The notes beneath the pieces are model-generated. The model was not told the origin of the DNA. It ran no database searches and saw nothing but the letters and a program-made list of their open reading frames with translations. Position numbers and translations under genes: made by a program. From Spirochaetota bacterium (GTDB lineage: Bacteria > Spirochaetota > Spirochaetia > CAKZLE01), in NCBI GenBank assembly GCA_051745285.1, contig JBNJDX010000004.1:1651-65650 (forward strand): 64,000 nucleotides of DNA, given 5' to 3'. Below are positions 51,006-60,524 of the stretch, one piece after another (within the stretch, counting starts at the first letter, position 1; each line of letters opens with the position of its first letter).

Positions 51006-52184
51006 TCAAGTTGAGTAATGTTGCCTCCCCAGACGGATCACAATCAGTTGCAACACCAAAACCAGCAGGGCGGCTGCAGCGGCGCTCAACATCAGCGTGG
51101 CAAAAGATGTGTGGTCATACATGACACCGCCTAAAGACGCCCCGACGATAACTCCGGCGGTCAGCATGGCCTCATGGGTGGCCATGCGGGACTCTCTATC
51201 GAGGCTACCAGCTGCGCCGTGAAATATACTGTTAGTATAGATTCCGGCGAACAGCATGCCAAAAAGAATGAAAAAGACGAGCAGAGTTCCGATAGAAGCT
51301 GCATACGCACCTAACAGACACACTCCGGCCAGGGCTATTTGCTGCACCACTATCTGCCAGGAACGAAAGTGCCACCAGGCACCTTTGCCCAGCAGGACGA
51401 ACACAACGGTCGTTAAAAGCCCCCGCACGAGAAGAATACCGCCAATAAAACTCTCGCTGTAGCCCAACATGTCCCTGGCGTAAAGGGGGAATATATTGAC
51501 AGTTATACCGAAGACAACATAGCAGGAAAACAGCCCTGCCCAGCAGGCAAAGCGCAAGGGGGTGCTGCGGTCAACTGCAGTTGAGCTTTCACGGATAGTT
51601 TTGCTTGACTGGGCAGCTTTTATCTCGGGAACCAGCCAGGTAGCAACTACAACTCCAATCCCCAGGACCGCAAACAGCAAGCTGGCAGCAAAAGCTGGAT
51701 ATCGGATATGCTCCTCGGTGAGCAGTCCTGCCATATAGGGAGCAAGGATAATTCCAGAACTCCAGGCGAGGTTGAACTTCGAAATCGTTTTAGAGAGCTC
51801 TCTCCCTTCAAGTCCGCGGGTGAGCCATCCCATCAGTGGCGGCCAGAAAAAAGCAGTGGACAGCCCATAGAGCAAGTAACAGACGAAGGCTAACCATACC
51901 TGAGAAACCGAAACCACAAGGAGTCCAAAGCTCATCATTCCGAAGGCAGCGATTACTACAGCTTGCCGCGGTTTGAGTAAAGAAATGAGTCCTTTCCCGA
52001 ACGTGCACCCTAAAAAATAGGAGAGCGTATGCACTGAAGCAAACAACCCGATGATCTGTGGGCGCAGCCCAAACCGGTCGCGCATATAGAAGATCAGTCC
52101 CAAAGTTATTATACCGATCGACATCTGTCCGAGAAACGAGACTCCGAATAGCACCCGGGAGCGAAAATTGCGTACACGTTGCAT
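51006..52184 (-). CDS. MFS transporter
   Basis: 12 TM with a central loop. Confidence 0.85.
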   Translation of the reverse strand: MQRVRNFRSRVLFGVSFLGQMSIGIITLGLIFYMRDRFGLRPQIIGLFASVHTLSYFLGCTFGKGLISLLKPRQAVVIAAFGMMSFGLLVVSVSQVWLAFVCYLLYGLSTAFFWPPLMGWLTRGLEGRELSKTISKFNLAWSSGIILAPYMAGLLTEEHIRYPAFAASLLFAVLGIGVVVATWLVPEIKAAQSSKTIRESSTAVDRSTPLRFACWAGLFSCYVVFGITVNIFPLYARDMLGYSESFIGGILLVRGLLTTVVFVLLGKGAWWHFRSWQIVVQQIALAGVCLLGAYAASIGTLLVFFILFGMLFAGIYTNSIFHGAAGSLDRESRMATHEAMLTAGVIVGASLGGVMYDHTSFATLMLSAAAAALLVLVLQLIVIRLGRQHYST

Positions 52185-52190
52185 ATGTGA

Positions 52191-52230
52191 GTTATACTCA
52201 TTTACACTCTTTAACGCAATCGTATATAAT
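52191..52230. promoter_or_regulatory. overlapping divergent sigma70 promoters
   Basis: Plus: TTTACA-18-TATAAT-7-ATG(52238); minus: TTGCGT-17-TATAAC-6-ATG(52184). Confidence 0.55.
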
Positions 52231-52237
52231 CAGAGCA

Positions 52238-52687
52238 ATGGAAGCTTTACTGGCAAACAAACAACTTGTTGCTGCGTTTATTGCAGTTATTATAGCTCAG
52301 CTGCTCAAAATCCTCTTCAATCTGCTTCTCGAAGGTAGATTTGCCATTGAACAGGCTCTGAGTACCGGAGGAATGCCCTCCTCTCACTCGGCAACCGTAA
52401 CAGCCTTAACGACTAGCATCGGCCTGGATTACGGTGTATCCCACACCTATTTTGCCCTGTCTCTGGTCTTCGCAATCGTGGTCATTCACGATGCTGTTGG
52501 TATCAGACGAGCTGCAGGCAGGCACGCTGAATTACTGAACGAATGGAGCCAACTGCTATCTGAAATCTATGAAAAGGGCTTCCAGGTAGAAAACCTCAAA
52601 ACCCTCCTCGGACACACCTACCCCCAGGTTATGGCAGGAATCGGACTCGGCATGATCGTCGGTTACGTTGTCACTGTAGTCATCTAA
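52238..52687 (+). CDS. divergent PAP2 family protein (DUF212)
   Basis: STGGMPSSHSA, DAVGIRRAAG, LLGHT. Confidence 0.92.
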   Translation: MEALLANKQLVAAFIAVIIAQLLKILFNLLLEGRFAIEQALSTGGMPSSHSATVTALTTSIGLDYGVSHTYFALSLVFAIVVIHDAVGIRRAAGRHAELLNEWSQLLSEIYEKGFQVENLKTLLGHTYPQVMAGIGLGMIVGYVVTVVI

Positions 52688-52796
52688 CCACCTCCTCTCG
52701 TTGCACAGTTTCTCCATAAATACCCAGATAATAAGTCTCTATCACATGGTATTATATTCTTAATGTGTTTATTTATATCTTATTTTTCACATTATT

Positions 52797-52814
52797 TTGT
52801 TGATATATTAAATA
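52797..52814. promoter_or_regulatory. possible Rex-like operator in the AT-rich hyd promoter region
   Basis: TTGTTGA-TATA-TTAAATA resembles TTGT(G/T)AA-N4-TT(C/A)ACAA; the AT-rich context lowers significance. Confidence 0.3.
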
Positions 52815-52912
52815 TATATGTTATCATTTCTCATAAAGTACCTGAATGATCTATATAATAGGCTATAATCCTAGTATATAATCCTTCGGGAAGTTAAAGC
52901 ATGCATGAAACA

Positions 52913-52987
52913 ATATCTGCTTCTATACAGCAGTAGTAGTACAGCATCTGAGCCTTTCACCAACCTCCTCTGAATAGAAGCAGATAT
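52913..52987. repeat. 18-bp inverted repeat (17/18) in the hyd leader
   Basis: ATATCTGCTTCTATACAG (52913-52930) and CTGAATAGAAGCAGATAT (52970-52987). Confidence 0.8.
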
Positions 52988-53016
52988 CTGTTATCAGCTA
53001 CTTGGAGGGGTTACCA

Positions 53017-53577
53017 ATGGCAGAAATTCTTGAACTCAAAAACAAAGAACCAGCACTCGACGCGGACAATGAGTTTGACTCAAAACAGATCATCCCAGTA
53101 ATCGATGATATCATCAAGCAATATGAGGGAAAGCGAGGAGCTCTTATACCGGTCCTGCAATCAGTTCAGAACTTCCTCGGGTATCTGCCTCAGGATATCC
53201 TCATTCATATCAGCGAGAAGATGCGCATTCCCTACAGTGAAATCACCGGTGTAGTCACGTTTTACTCCTTCTTCTCGACGGTTCCCAAAGGCCTGTATAT
53301 GGTTCGCGTGTGCCTGGGGACAGCCTGCTACGTTCGAGGTGGCAAAGAAGTTCTTGAGGCCATCTCCCGTGAACTCAATATTAAGGTGGGAGAGACCACT
53401 GAGGACAGAGTATTCTCTCTGGAAATCGGACGCTGTTTTGGCGCCTGTGGTCTCGCTCCGGTTGTCATGATCAATGACGACGTCCACCAGCGGGTCAAAC
53501 CCAATAAGATTCATGAACTGCTAGAGCCGTATCGTACGGAAGCTGAACGCAAGGAGGGAGGTCCAGATGAGAACTAG
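53017..53577 (+). CDS. hydC: [FeFe]-hydrogenase subunit HydC (NuoE-like, 2Fe-2S)
   Basis: GVVTFYSFF, CLGTACYVRG, CFGACGLAPV. Confidence 0.92.
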   Translation: MAEILELKNKEPALDADNEFDSKQIIPVIDDIIKQYEGKRGALIPVLQSVQNFLGYLPQDILIHISEKMRIPYSEITGVVTFYSFFSTVPKGLYMVRVCLGTACYVRGGKEVLEAISRELNIKVGETTEDRVFSLEIGRCFGACGLAPVVMINDDVHQRVKPNKIHELLEPYRTEAERKEGGPDEN

Positions 53578-56500
53578 GGACGTTATTCATACTTTTAACA
53601 AACAAGCCGACCAAATCACTGCAGACAAAGAGCGCCACCAAAAGCAGCACCAGGTACTTGTATGTACCGGAGGTGGATGCATTGCCTCCGGTTCCCTTGA
53701 AATCGAGAAGGCTTTTAAATCCGCAATTGAACATTACCATCTTGATATACCCGTCATTGGGACTGGATGTATGGGCCCCTGTTCGAAGGGACCCGTTGTA
53801 AAGATCATGCCCGAAAAAATTGTGTACCAACATGTCACGGTTAATCAGGTAGAAAAGATAACCACAGAACATCTCAAAGGCGGAACACCGGTCGAAGAGC
53901 TGCTCATGACAGACGACCATCCGGTTAAAATCCTTCATAATGAAACTGAAGCTGCATTTCTCTCCCCGCAGCAAAAAATAGTGCTCCGAAACTGCGGTGT
54001 TGTTGATCCGCTTGACATTACCGACTACATCGGTCGTCGCGGTTACCGGGGTCTAGCAAAAGTGCTCTCCGAGGACAGCAGTGATGCTGTCATTGATCAA
54101 CTGAAGACAGCCGGTCTGAAAGGCCGCGGCGGAGCGGGTTTTCCCACATGGCTGAAGTGGAAATTTGCCAGCGAGTCAGCCGGTAAGGAAAAATTTGTGT
54201 TATGTAACGCTGATGAGGGTGACCCGGGCGCGTTTATGGATCGCAGTGTACTTGAAGGAGATCCCCACAGTGTTATCGAGGGAATGGCAATCGCCGCCCT
54301 GACAATTGGAGCACAGCAGGGATATGTCTATGTCCGTGCCGAGTATCCTCTAGCGGTTGCCAGACTGCAGCGGGCAATCGAAGATGCCCGGTCATACGGT
54401 TTGCTAGGAGAGAATATCCTGGGATCAGGGTTCTCTTTCGATCTGGAAATACGGATGGGTTCCGGGGCGTTTGTCTGCGGAGAAGAGACTGCTCTGATCA
54501 ACTCCATTGAAGGGAAACGGGGAGAGCCGAGACCCCGGCCGCCGTTCCCTGCACAACAGGGGTTGTGGGGAAGCCCTACTCTGCTGAACAATGTTGAAAC
54601 GTATGCCAATATTCCTCCCATTATTGATCAGGGAGCACAGTGGTACAGCGGATTTGGTTCAGAGCACAGTAAGGGAACAAAAGTATTTGCCCTTGCCGGT
54701 GCAGTGAGAACAACGGGGCTTGTGGAAATTCCAATTGGCACTCCTTTAGGAGATCTGATCTTTACTGTCGGAGGGGGCATAAAACTCGGAAGACCCTTTA
54801 AGGCCGCCCAGATCGGAGGGCCCTCAGGCGGTTGTATTCCCAAGCAGCATCTGGGTGTACCACTTGATTATGAGAGTCTGAAGGAACTTGGAGCTATTAT
54901 TGGTTCAGGCGGTTTGATTGTACTGGATGACACCTCCTGCATGGTAGATGTTGCCCGCTATTTTCTTGAATTCATTCAGGAGGAATCCTGTGGTAAATGT
55001 GTACCCTGCCGAGTGGGAACAAAACGAATGCTTGAGATACTCACCCGCATCTGTAATGGTGAGGGCGTTCAAGGAGATATTGAAAAACTCGAAGAACTAG
55101 GTAGCCAGATAAGGCAGACTGCTCTATGCGGCTTGGGACAGACCGCTCCGAATCCTGTTTTGTCCACAATTCGCCATTTCAGAGATGAGTATGAAGCCCA
55201 CATCAGGGATAAACACTGTGAAGCCGGAGTTTGCCCCGGACTTGTCAGAGCTCCCTGCCAGAGCGCATGTCCTGCACGCGTCGATGTGCCGGGGTTTGTC
55301 GCCCTGAGTGCTGAAGGACGATATGCGGAGGCGCTTAAACTTCACCGCGAACGCAATCCTCTCGCCTCTATCTGCGCCAGAGTGTGCTTTCATACATGCG
55401 AGGATAAATGCCGAAGGACCAGTATCGACCAGCCGGTAGCAATCCGGAATATCAAGCGTTTTATGGTGGATCAGGAAGTCACCTTCCAGGTACCCGAAGT
55501 GCGAGAAAGCGAGGTCAATGCAAGACGCAATATTACCATAGTCGGAGCTGGGCCTGCAGGTCTGTCCTGTGCCTATTTTCTTGCTCGACTGGGTTACCGA
55601 CCAACCATTTTGGAAGCTTCAGTTCGTCCGGGTGGAATGCTGATACAAACAATTCCTGCCTACAGACTGCCACGTGAAACGGTTGCCCAAGAAATCCGCA
55701 TGATCGAACGAATGGGCGTAGACATAATCACAGAACAACGAATGGGCAGAGATTATACCCTTGAAAGCCTTCTTAATGATGCCCACACCGATGCAGTGTT
55801 CCTCGGGCTGGGAGCACCGGATTCCCTTTCCATGGGGCTTCCCGGGGAAGATGCCGAGGGTGTCATTCAGTCCGTCCCCTTCTTGCAGCGCTACAACGTA
55901 CGTGGCTCGGCAGAGGTCGGAAAACGCGTCATCGTCATTGGAGGCGGAAATGCGGCCATCGACGCAGCCCGCACTGCGCTGAGACTGGGAGCTGAAGCGG
56001 TAGAAATAGTTTATCGGCGAAGCCAGGAGGAGATGCCGGCCTATGCCGAGGAAGTAGCAGAAGCTCTCCAGGAGGGAGTTACAATTTCATCCCTCACTCA
56101 GCCGGTTGAGATCAAGAAGGACTCCTCCGGACATGTGAACGGACTGAAATGTCTGCGAATGAGTTTGGGAGAATTCGATGCCTCAGGACGGCGCAGACCG
56201 AAGGCCCTCAGTGATGAGCCGATCACTCTGAAAGCCGATCAGGTTATCATGGCTATCGGGCAGCGGCTAGACCTCCGTGAACTGCTCGGTGAGACTGACA
56301 TACAGCTTAACAGTAAGGGTTTTATTGCCAGTAGTCCTGTGGACGGGGCAACTTCTATACGCTCTGTATTTGCCGGAGGAGACTGCAGTGATGGACCAGC
56401 CTCGGTAGTTGAAGCAATTGCAGCGGGAGAACGGGCAGCTGTCGGTATAGACCAGATGCTCACCGGTGAAAACCACGCTTTCTGGCGGTATGAGAAGATA

Positions 56501-56710
56501 ATTGAGACTGCTTTTGATCCTGATGCCGAACCAAGTAATGAGCCTCGAGCAGAAATCAACCAGGTGCCCATTGAACGGCGGAGGGCCAACTTTGAAGAAG
56601 TTGAAAGGCCCTGGTGTGAGTCAGTAACCAAAGCTCAGGCAATACGATGTCTCCGGTGTGATTATGGAAAGCACATTCGGGAAGAAGACAAGGAGGAAAC
56701 TCATGCATAA
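53567..56710 (+). CDS. hydB: [FeFe]-hydrogenase flavin subunit HydB (NuoF-like) fused to a GltD/NfnL-like FAD-NAD(P)H module
   Basis: Trx-like CTGGGC..CMGPC; GRGGAGFPT; NADEGDPGAFMDRS; ESCGKCVPC; then APCQSACP, CARVC..TCEDKC, GAGPAG, GGGNAAID, YRRS, CLRC. Confidence 0.88.
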   Translation: MRTRDVIHTFNKQADQITADKERHQKQHQVLVCTGGGCIASGSLEIEKAFKSAIEHYHLDIPVIGTGCMGPCSKGPVVKIMPEKIVYQHVTVNQVEKITTEHLKGGTPVEELLMTDDHPVKILHNETEAAFLSPQQKIVLRNCGVVDPLDITDYIGRRGYRGLAKVLSEDSSDAVIDQLKTAGLKGRGGAGFPTWLKWKFASESAGKEKFVLCNADEGDPGAFMDRSVLEGDPHSVIEGMAIAALTIGAQQGYVYVRAEYPLAVARLQRAIEDARSYGLLGENILGSGFSFDLEIRMGSGAFVCGEETALINSIEGKRGEPRPRPPFPAQQGLWGSPTLLNNVETYANIPPIIDQGAQWYSGFGSEHSKGTKVFALAGAVRTTGLVEIPIGTPLGDLIFTVGGGIKLGRPFKAAQIGGPSGGCIPKQHLGVPLDYESLKELGAIIGSGGLIVLDDTSCMVDVARYFLEFIQEESCGKCVPCRVGTKRMLEILTRICNGEGVQGDIEKLEELGSQIRQTALCGLGQTAPNPVLSTIRHFRDEYEAHIRDKHCEAGVCPGLVRAPCQSACPARVDVPGFVALSAEGRYAEALKLHRERNPLASICARVCFHTCEDKCRRTSIDQPVAIRNIKRFMVDQEVTFQVPEVRESEVNARRNITIVGAGPAGLSCAYFLARLGYRPTILEASVRPGGMLIQTIPAYRLPRETVAQEIRMIERMGVDIITEQRMGRDYTLESLLNDAHTDAVFLGLGAPDSLSMGLPGEDAEGVIQSVPFLQRYNVRGSAEVGKRVIVIGGGNAAIDAARTALRLGAEAVEIVYRRSQEEMPAYAEEVAEALQEGVTISSLTQPVEIKKDSSGHVNGLKCLRMSLGEFDASGRRRPKALSDEPITLKADQVIMAIGQRLDLRELLGETDIQLNSKGFIASSPVDGATSIRSVFAGGDCSDGPASVVEAIAAGERAAVGIDQMLTGENHAFWRYEKIIETAFDPDAEPSNEPRAEINQVPIERRRANFEEVERPWCESVTKAQAIRCLRCDYGKHIREEDKEETHA

Positions 56711-58484
56711 AATAACAATTAACGGAAAGACAGCCGAGGCTCCTCTGAGCTCTACTATCCTTGAGGCCGCGAACAGATTGGGAATACACATACCGACTCT
56801 CTGCTACCTTGAAGGACTTTCCCCGGCAGCTTCTTGTCGCGTATGCGTTGTTGAAGTGGAAGGTGCTGCCAACTTGATGGCAGCCTGCTCAACACCAATC
56901 CGTGACAACATGGTTATACATACGAACTCCAAGCGAGTCAGAGAAGCCCGCAAGACCGTGGTGGAATTGCTGCTCAGCGAACACGTGGGGGACTGCCAAA
57001 CCTGCATCCGCAGTAATGACTGTGAACTGAAAGAACTAGCCCGAGAGCTAGGTATCCGGGAAAACCGCTACGAGGGGGAAGAAACCGATGACTTCCTGGA
57101 TGAATCAACCCCGGCTATTTTTCGTGATGCAGGTAAATGCATTAAGTGCCGCCGATGCGTCCAGGTATGTAACGATATCCAACAGGTAGGCGTCATATTC
57201 CCGCAGTACAGAGGGTTCCAGACAACAATCAGCCCTGCTTTCTCTTCCCCTCTCGACTCTGTGGCGTGTGTACAGTGCGGTCAATGCTCGGCAGTCTGTC
57301 CTGTTGGTGCCATTCTTGAGACTAGTCATATTGAGCAGGTTCTTAACGCGCTCGACGATCCGAAAAAACATGTGGTCGTGCAGACAGCACCGGCCATCCG
57401 TGCAGCACTGGGTGAGTGTTTCGGGTATCCGGTAGGCACCCTTGTTACCGGAAAAATGGTCTCCTCCCTCAGGGAGCTGGGATTTGACGCAGTATTCGAC
57501 ACCGACTTCACCGCAGATCTGACTATTGTCGAGGAGGGAACAGAACTGCTTTCACGGCTTAAGGATAAGTTCTTCCTGAAAAAGAAACATGTTCCGCTGC
57601 CCCAGTTCACCAGTTGTTCACCTGGTTGGATTCAGTACGCTGAGTATTTCTTCCCCGACATGCTGGAGAATATATCCTCATGCAAGTCTCCCCAGCAGAT
57701 GTTCGGGGCGCTTGCAAAGACCTACTACGCGCAAAAAGCTGATGTAGATCCAGAAAATATGGTGGTCGTCTCTGTTATGCCCTGCACAGCCAAAAAATTT
57801 GAAGCTGCCAGACCGGAAATGAATGCAAGCGGATTCCAGGATGTGGATTATGTTTTGACTACCCGTGAGCTTGGGGATTTGATTACGCTTTCAGGCATCG
57901 ATTTTGACAGGCTGCCTGAAGGAACTATGGACGACCCGCTGGGTATATCGACCGGCGCAGCAGATATTTTTGCCAACACCGGCGGCGTTATGGAGGCAGC
58001 TCTCAGGACGGTACATGCCCTGACGACTGGGAAGAGCCTGCCGTCAAAGGATCTTCACATCAAACCGCTTGCTGGACTGGAAGGGATAAAGACAGCATCG
58101 GTTGTCTTGAAAAATACTGTTGAACAGTGGTCCTTCCTCGAGGGAGTAGAAGTAAAGGTTGCAGTAGCTCATGGACTCGGGAATGCAGCAAAGCTCACCG
58201 AACGCATCCGAGAGAATCCTGATGAATTTCATTTTGTCGAGATTATGACCTGCCCTGGCGGATGCATCGGAGGCGGCGGACAACCGCGTTTCACTACAAA
58301 CGAAGTGCGTGAAGCGAGAATTGCCGCTATTTATCAAGAGGACGAAGGGAAGGAGATACGGGAATCACATGAAAATCCTGCCGTCCAAGCCCTGTATAAG
58401 GAGTATCTCAAAAAACCGCTTGGAAAGCGTTCTCACAAACTCCTTCACACCCATTATGAGGTACGTGAGAAAGTACGAACCTAG
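56703..58484 (+). CDS. hydA: [FeFe]-hydrogenase catalytic subunit (group A, M3-like)
   Basis: H-cluster motifs FTSCSPGW, MPCTAKKFE, EIMTCPGGCIGGGGQP; N-terminal 2Fe-2S, His-ligated 4Fe-4S and 2x4Fe-4S; C-terminal LLHTHY. Confidence 0.96.
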   Translation: MHKITINGKTAEAPLSSTILEAANRLGIHIPTLCYLEGLSPAASCRVCVVEVEGAANLMAACSTPIRDNMVIHTNSKRVREARKTVVELLLSEHVGDCQTCIRSNDCELKELARELGIRENRYEGEETDDFLDESTPAIFRDAGKCIKCRRCVQVCNDIQQVGVIFPQYRGFQTTISPAFSSPLDSVACVQCGQCSAVCPVGAILETSHIEQVLNALDDPKKHVVVQTAPAIRAALGECFGYPVGTLVTGKMVSSLRELGFDAVFDTDFTADLTIVEEGTELLSRLKDKFFLKKKHVPLPQFTSCSPGWIQYAEYFFPDMLENISSCKSPQQMFGALAKTYYAQKADVDPENMVVVSVMPCTAKKFEAARPEMNASGFQDVDYVLTTRELGDLITLSGIDFDRLPEGTMDDPLGISTGAADIFANTGGVMEAALRTVHALTTGKSLPSKDLHIKPLAGLEGIKTASVVLKNTVEQWSFLEGVEVKVAVAHGLGNAAKLTERIRENPDEFHFVEIMTCPGGCIGGGGQPRFTTNEVREARIAAIYQEDEGKEIRESHENPAVQALYKEYLKKPLGKRSHKLLHTHYEVREKVRT

Positions 58485-58490
58485 CACTAT

Positions 58491-58520
58491 CACGGCCCCG
58501 TCGCTACAGTCGGGGTCGTG
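58491..58520 (+). terminator. hairpin after hydA
   Basis: CACGGCCCCG...CGGGGTCGTG. Confidence 0.5.
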
Positions 58521-58528
58521 GACTTTAG

Positions 58529-58557
58529 TTGACACTTTCATGCGGGTGTGATAATTT
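58529..58557 (+). promoter_or_regulatory. tRNA promoter
   Basis: TTGACA at 58529 and TGTGATAAT extended -10-like. Confidence 0.45.
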
Positions 58558-58582
58558 TTCCTTCGTTGCATAGCAACAATTT

Positions 58583-58656
58583 CGGGCTGTAGCGCAGTGG
58601 TTTAGCGTACGTGTCTGGGGGACACGGGGTCGGCGGTTCAAATCCGCCCAGCCCGA
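58583..58656 (+). tRNA. tRNA-Pro(GGG), CCA not encoded
   Basis: Acceptor CGGGCTG/CAGCCCG, D-arm TAGCGCAGTGG, anticodon stem CGTGT/ACACG with loop CTGGGGG, T-loop GGTTCAAATCC. Confidence 0.95.
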
Positions 58657-58803
58657 ATCTATTCATCTGTTTTGCCGTTAGTAATTGCTTTCCTTTAACA
58701 GGAAAATTGATATCAATAAAATGGGCACGTGGCACAGATTGTAGTATTTCTTCTTAACTTCCTGATATATTCCAAATCGTTACCTATACCTATAATGTGA
58801 AAA

Positions 58804-58831
58804 CGGGTTGCAGAATTCTTGCTGCAACCCG
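58804..58831. terminator. hairpin between the tRNA and the CBS gene
   Basis: CGGGTTGCAG...CTGCAACCCG. Confidence 0.65.
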
Positions 58832-58882
58832 CTTATTCTAACTTATACCAGAGAAATATGCTTGATGTGAAACATGTTTGTC

Positions 58883-59320
58883 CTAGTAAGTGTTGGAGAT
58901 GAAATACTCCAGCTCACCAATTTTCAGTTCCTTGTCTGTCATGACAGCCTTGACAATATCACCGATAGAAACAAGACCTACAAGTTCTTCGTTATCGACA
59001 ACGGGAAGGTGACGGAACCTGCCGGAGGTCATCAGCTGCATGCATGCATCCGGGCTCTGGTCCGGCTTCACGCAGGTAACCTCTTTGGTCATTACCTTCG
59101 TCACATCAATGGTCATATCGATGTTGGTCCTGCCGGCAAAATGCCTGATTATATCACGCTCAGATAGGATTCCCTTGATCTTCTTAGTATCATCAAGGAC
59201 CAGGACAGCCCCTATCTTGTGCTGAGTCAATTTGAGGACCGCCTTAGCCACCGCGTCCTCAACTCCCACACTGATGATCTCACTGCCTTTCTTCTCAAGA
59301 ATTTCTTTTACTGTCTTCAT
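58883..59320 (-). CDS. CBS-pair domain protein
   Basis: KIGAVLV, GILSERD, RFRHLPVV, GLVSIGDIVK. Confidence 0.92.
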   Translation of the reverse strand: MKTVKEILEKKGSEIISVGVEDAVAKAVLKLTQHKIGAVLVLDDTKKIKGILSERDIIRHFAGRTNIDMTIDVTKVMTKEVTCVKPDQSPDACMQLMTSGRFRHLPVVDNEELVGLVSIGDIVKAVMTDKELKIGELEYFISNTY

Positions 59321-59497
59321 ATCGTATATCTCCATTAATAATTCTATATGTAAATATAATGCAGCTTCTACCGATAGACAACGGATAAATTTATATTGTT
59401 TTTAAACTTATTTGCTATGTTATGGTTCCAATATTGTGACCGGTAGTTTAGTTGTGCTATTATAGAGACGATGCATTGCGTCAGAGAAGGGGGACCC

Positions 59498-59989
59498 ATG
59501 AAAAAAGTGACAGTAGTTGCTGTGTTGTCATTAGCGGCTCTCGTTGGACTCATTTCATGTGCTACTGGTGTGACAACTGAAGAGTTCCAGGCCTATCAGG
59601 CCGAACAGGAGCGTGAAATCGCCCGTATAGATGGTGAAATCTCTGAGATTCAGACACACGAAAAGATCATAAATCAACTTTCACAGGAGATCGAGACCTT
59701 AAAAGGGAGTTTTGATTCTATCATAGCAAGTGTAGAGGAGCTGGAGACCGATACTACGATTGATAAGGGGAAGTTTAACGAGCTGAAACAACACGTAGAG
59801 AACCTGTCAAAAGAGTTCTCTAAGCTGCACGAAGCCCTGGCCGAACTTGTGCGTTATGCCGGGTATGACTCCGCCGACCAGTTTCTGGAGGTTGCTCAAG
59901 ATATCGTAGATGTCAACAAGAACATTGATCGACTCAACGAGCGGTTTGAACTACTCCGAAGAGCCATGGCCATCTTTGTCGAGGAGTAA
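59498..59989 (+). CDS. coiled-coil lipoprotein of unknown function
   Basis: MKK signal, lipobox LISC, long heptad repeat. Confidence 0.7.
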   Translation: MKKVTVVAVLSLAALVGLISCATGVTTEEFQAYQAEQEREIARIDGEISEIQTHEKIINQLSQEIETLKGSFDSIIASVEELETDTTIDKGKFNELKQHVENLSKEFSKLHEALAELVRYAGYDSADQFLEVAQDIVDVNKNIDRLNERFELLRRAMAIFVEE

Positions 59990-60524
59990 TTGAACGCACA
60001 CCCACCAGTCGTCTCATCCCAAATGTCTGGGCATCAGCGAGCTGCTACTTATCGGAGTTGTCCTGGAGGCGGCGCTATCATCGTCAATCAAGCCGGGACG
60101 CGGAGTATGTTCATACCGATCGTCGGTGTTCAGATCTTTCACACCAGGCTGCACACTTCTCTACAATCTGCGTCGGATTATCACACCAGATGATACTGTG
60201 GCTCGGAGTGATGCCATCAATCGCAAGATTCTGGGAGTTGGTCTCATCGACTTTCCTTTTACGGAGAGTGCAAAATGGGGTGAGGATGCTATCTCCAGTC
60301 ATCTAGAGGAGGCCTTACTGTCTGGCCAATGAAGCATCTTCGACTCCACAAAGGCCAGCTGTTTACCCTCTTACCCCCATGAAAGTTCCAGCTCTGGTAA
60401 TATTGTCCCTTCAATGAAATGACCGCGTTGGCAGTGAAGCAGATGGGGGAACTCGGTGATACTCTTCATCCGCTTCTGAAGTATGTCGCTGTGGGCATCC
60501 TCTCCATGGTTTGCTCTGTTTACC

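Noticed and set aside
52874-52930. Purine-riboswitch-like TATAATCC start
   Set aside because: Lacks the ATATGG and GTTTCTACC core
57606-57632. TSCSPGW instead of TSCCPxW in HydA motif P1
   Set aside because: Ser at this position is a common variant in multimeric group A hydrogenases, not a sign of inactivation
58538-58735. 65-aa minus-strand ORF (GLGGFEPPTPCPP)
   Set aside because: Typical antisense translation of a tRNA gene
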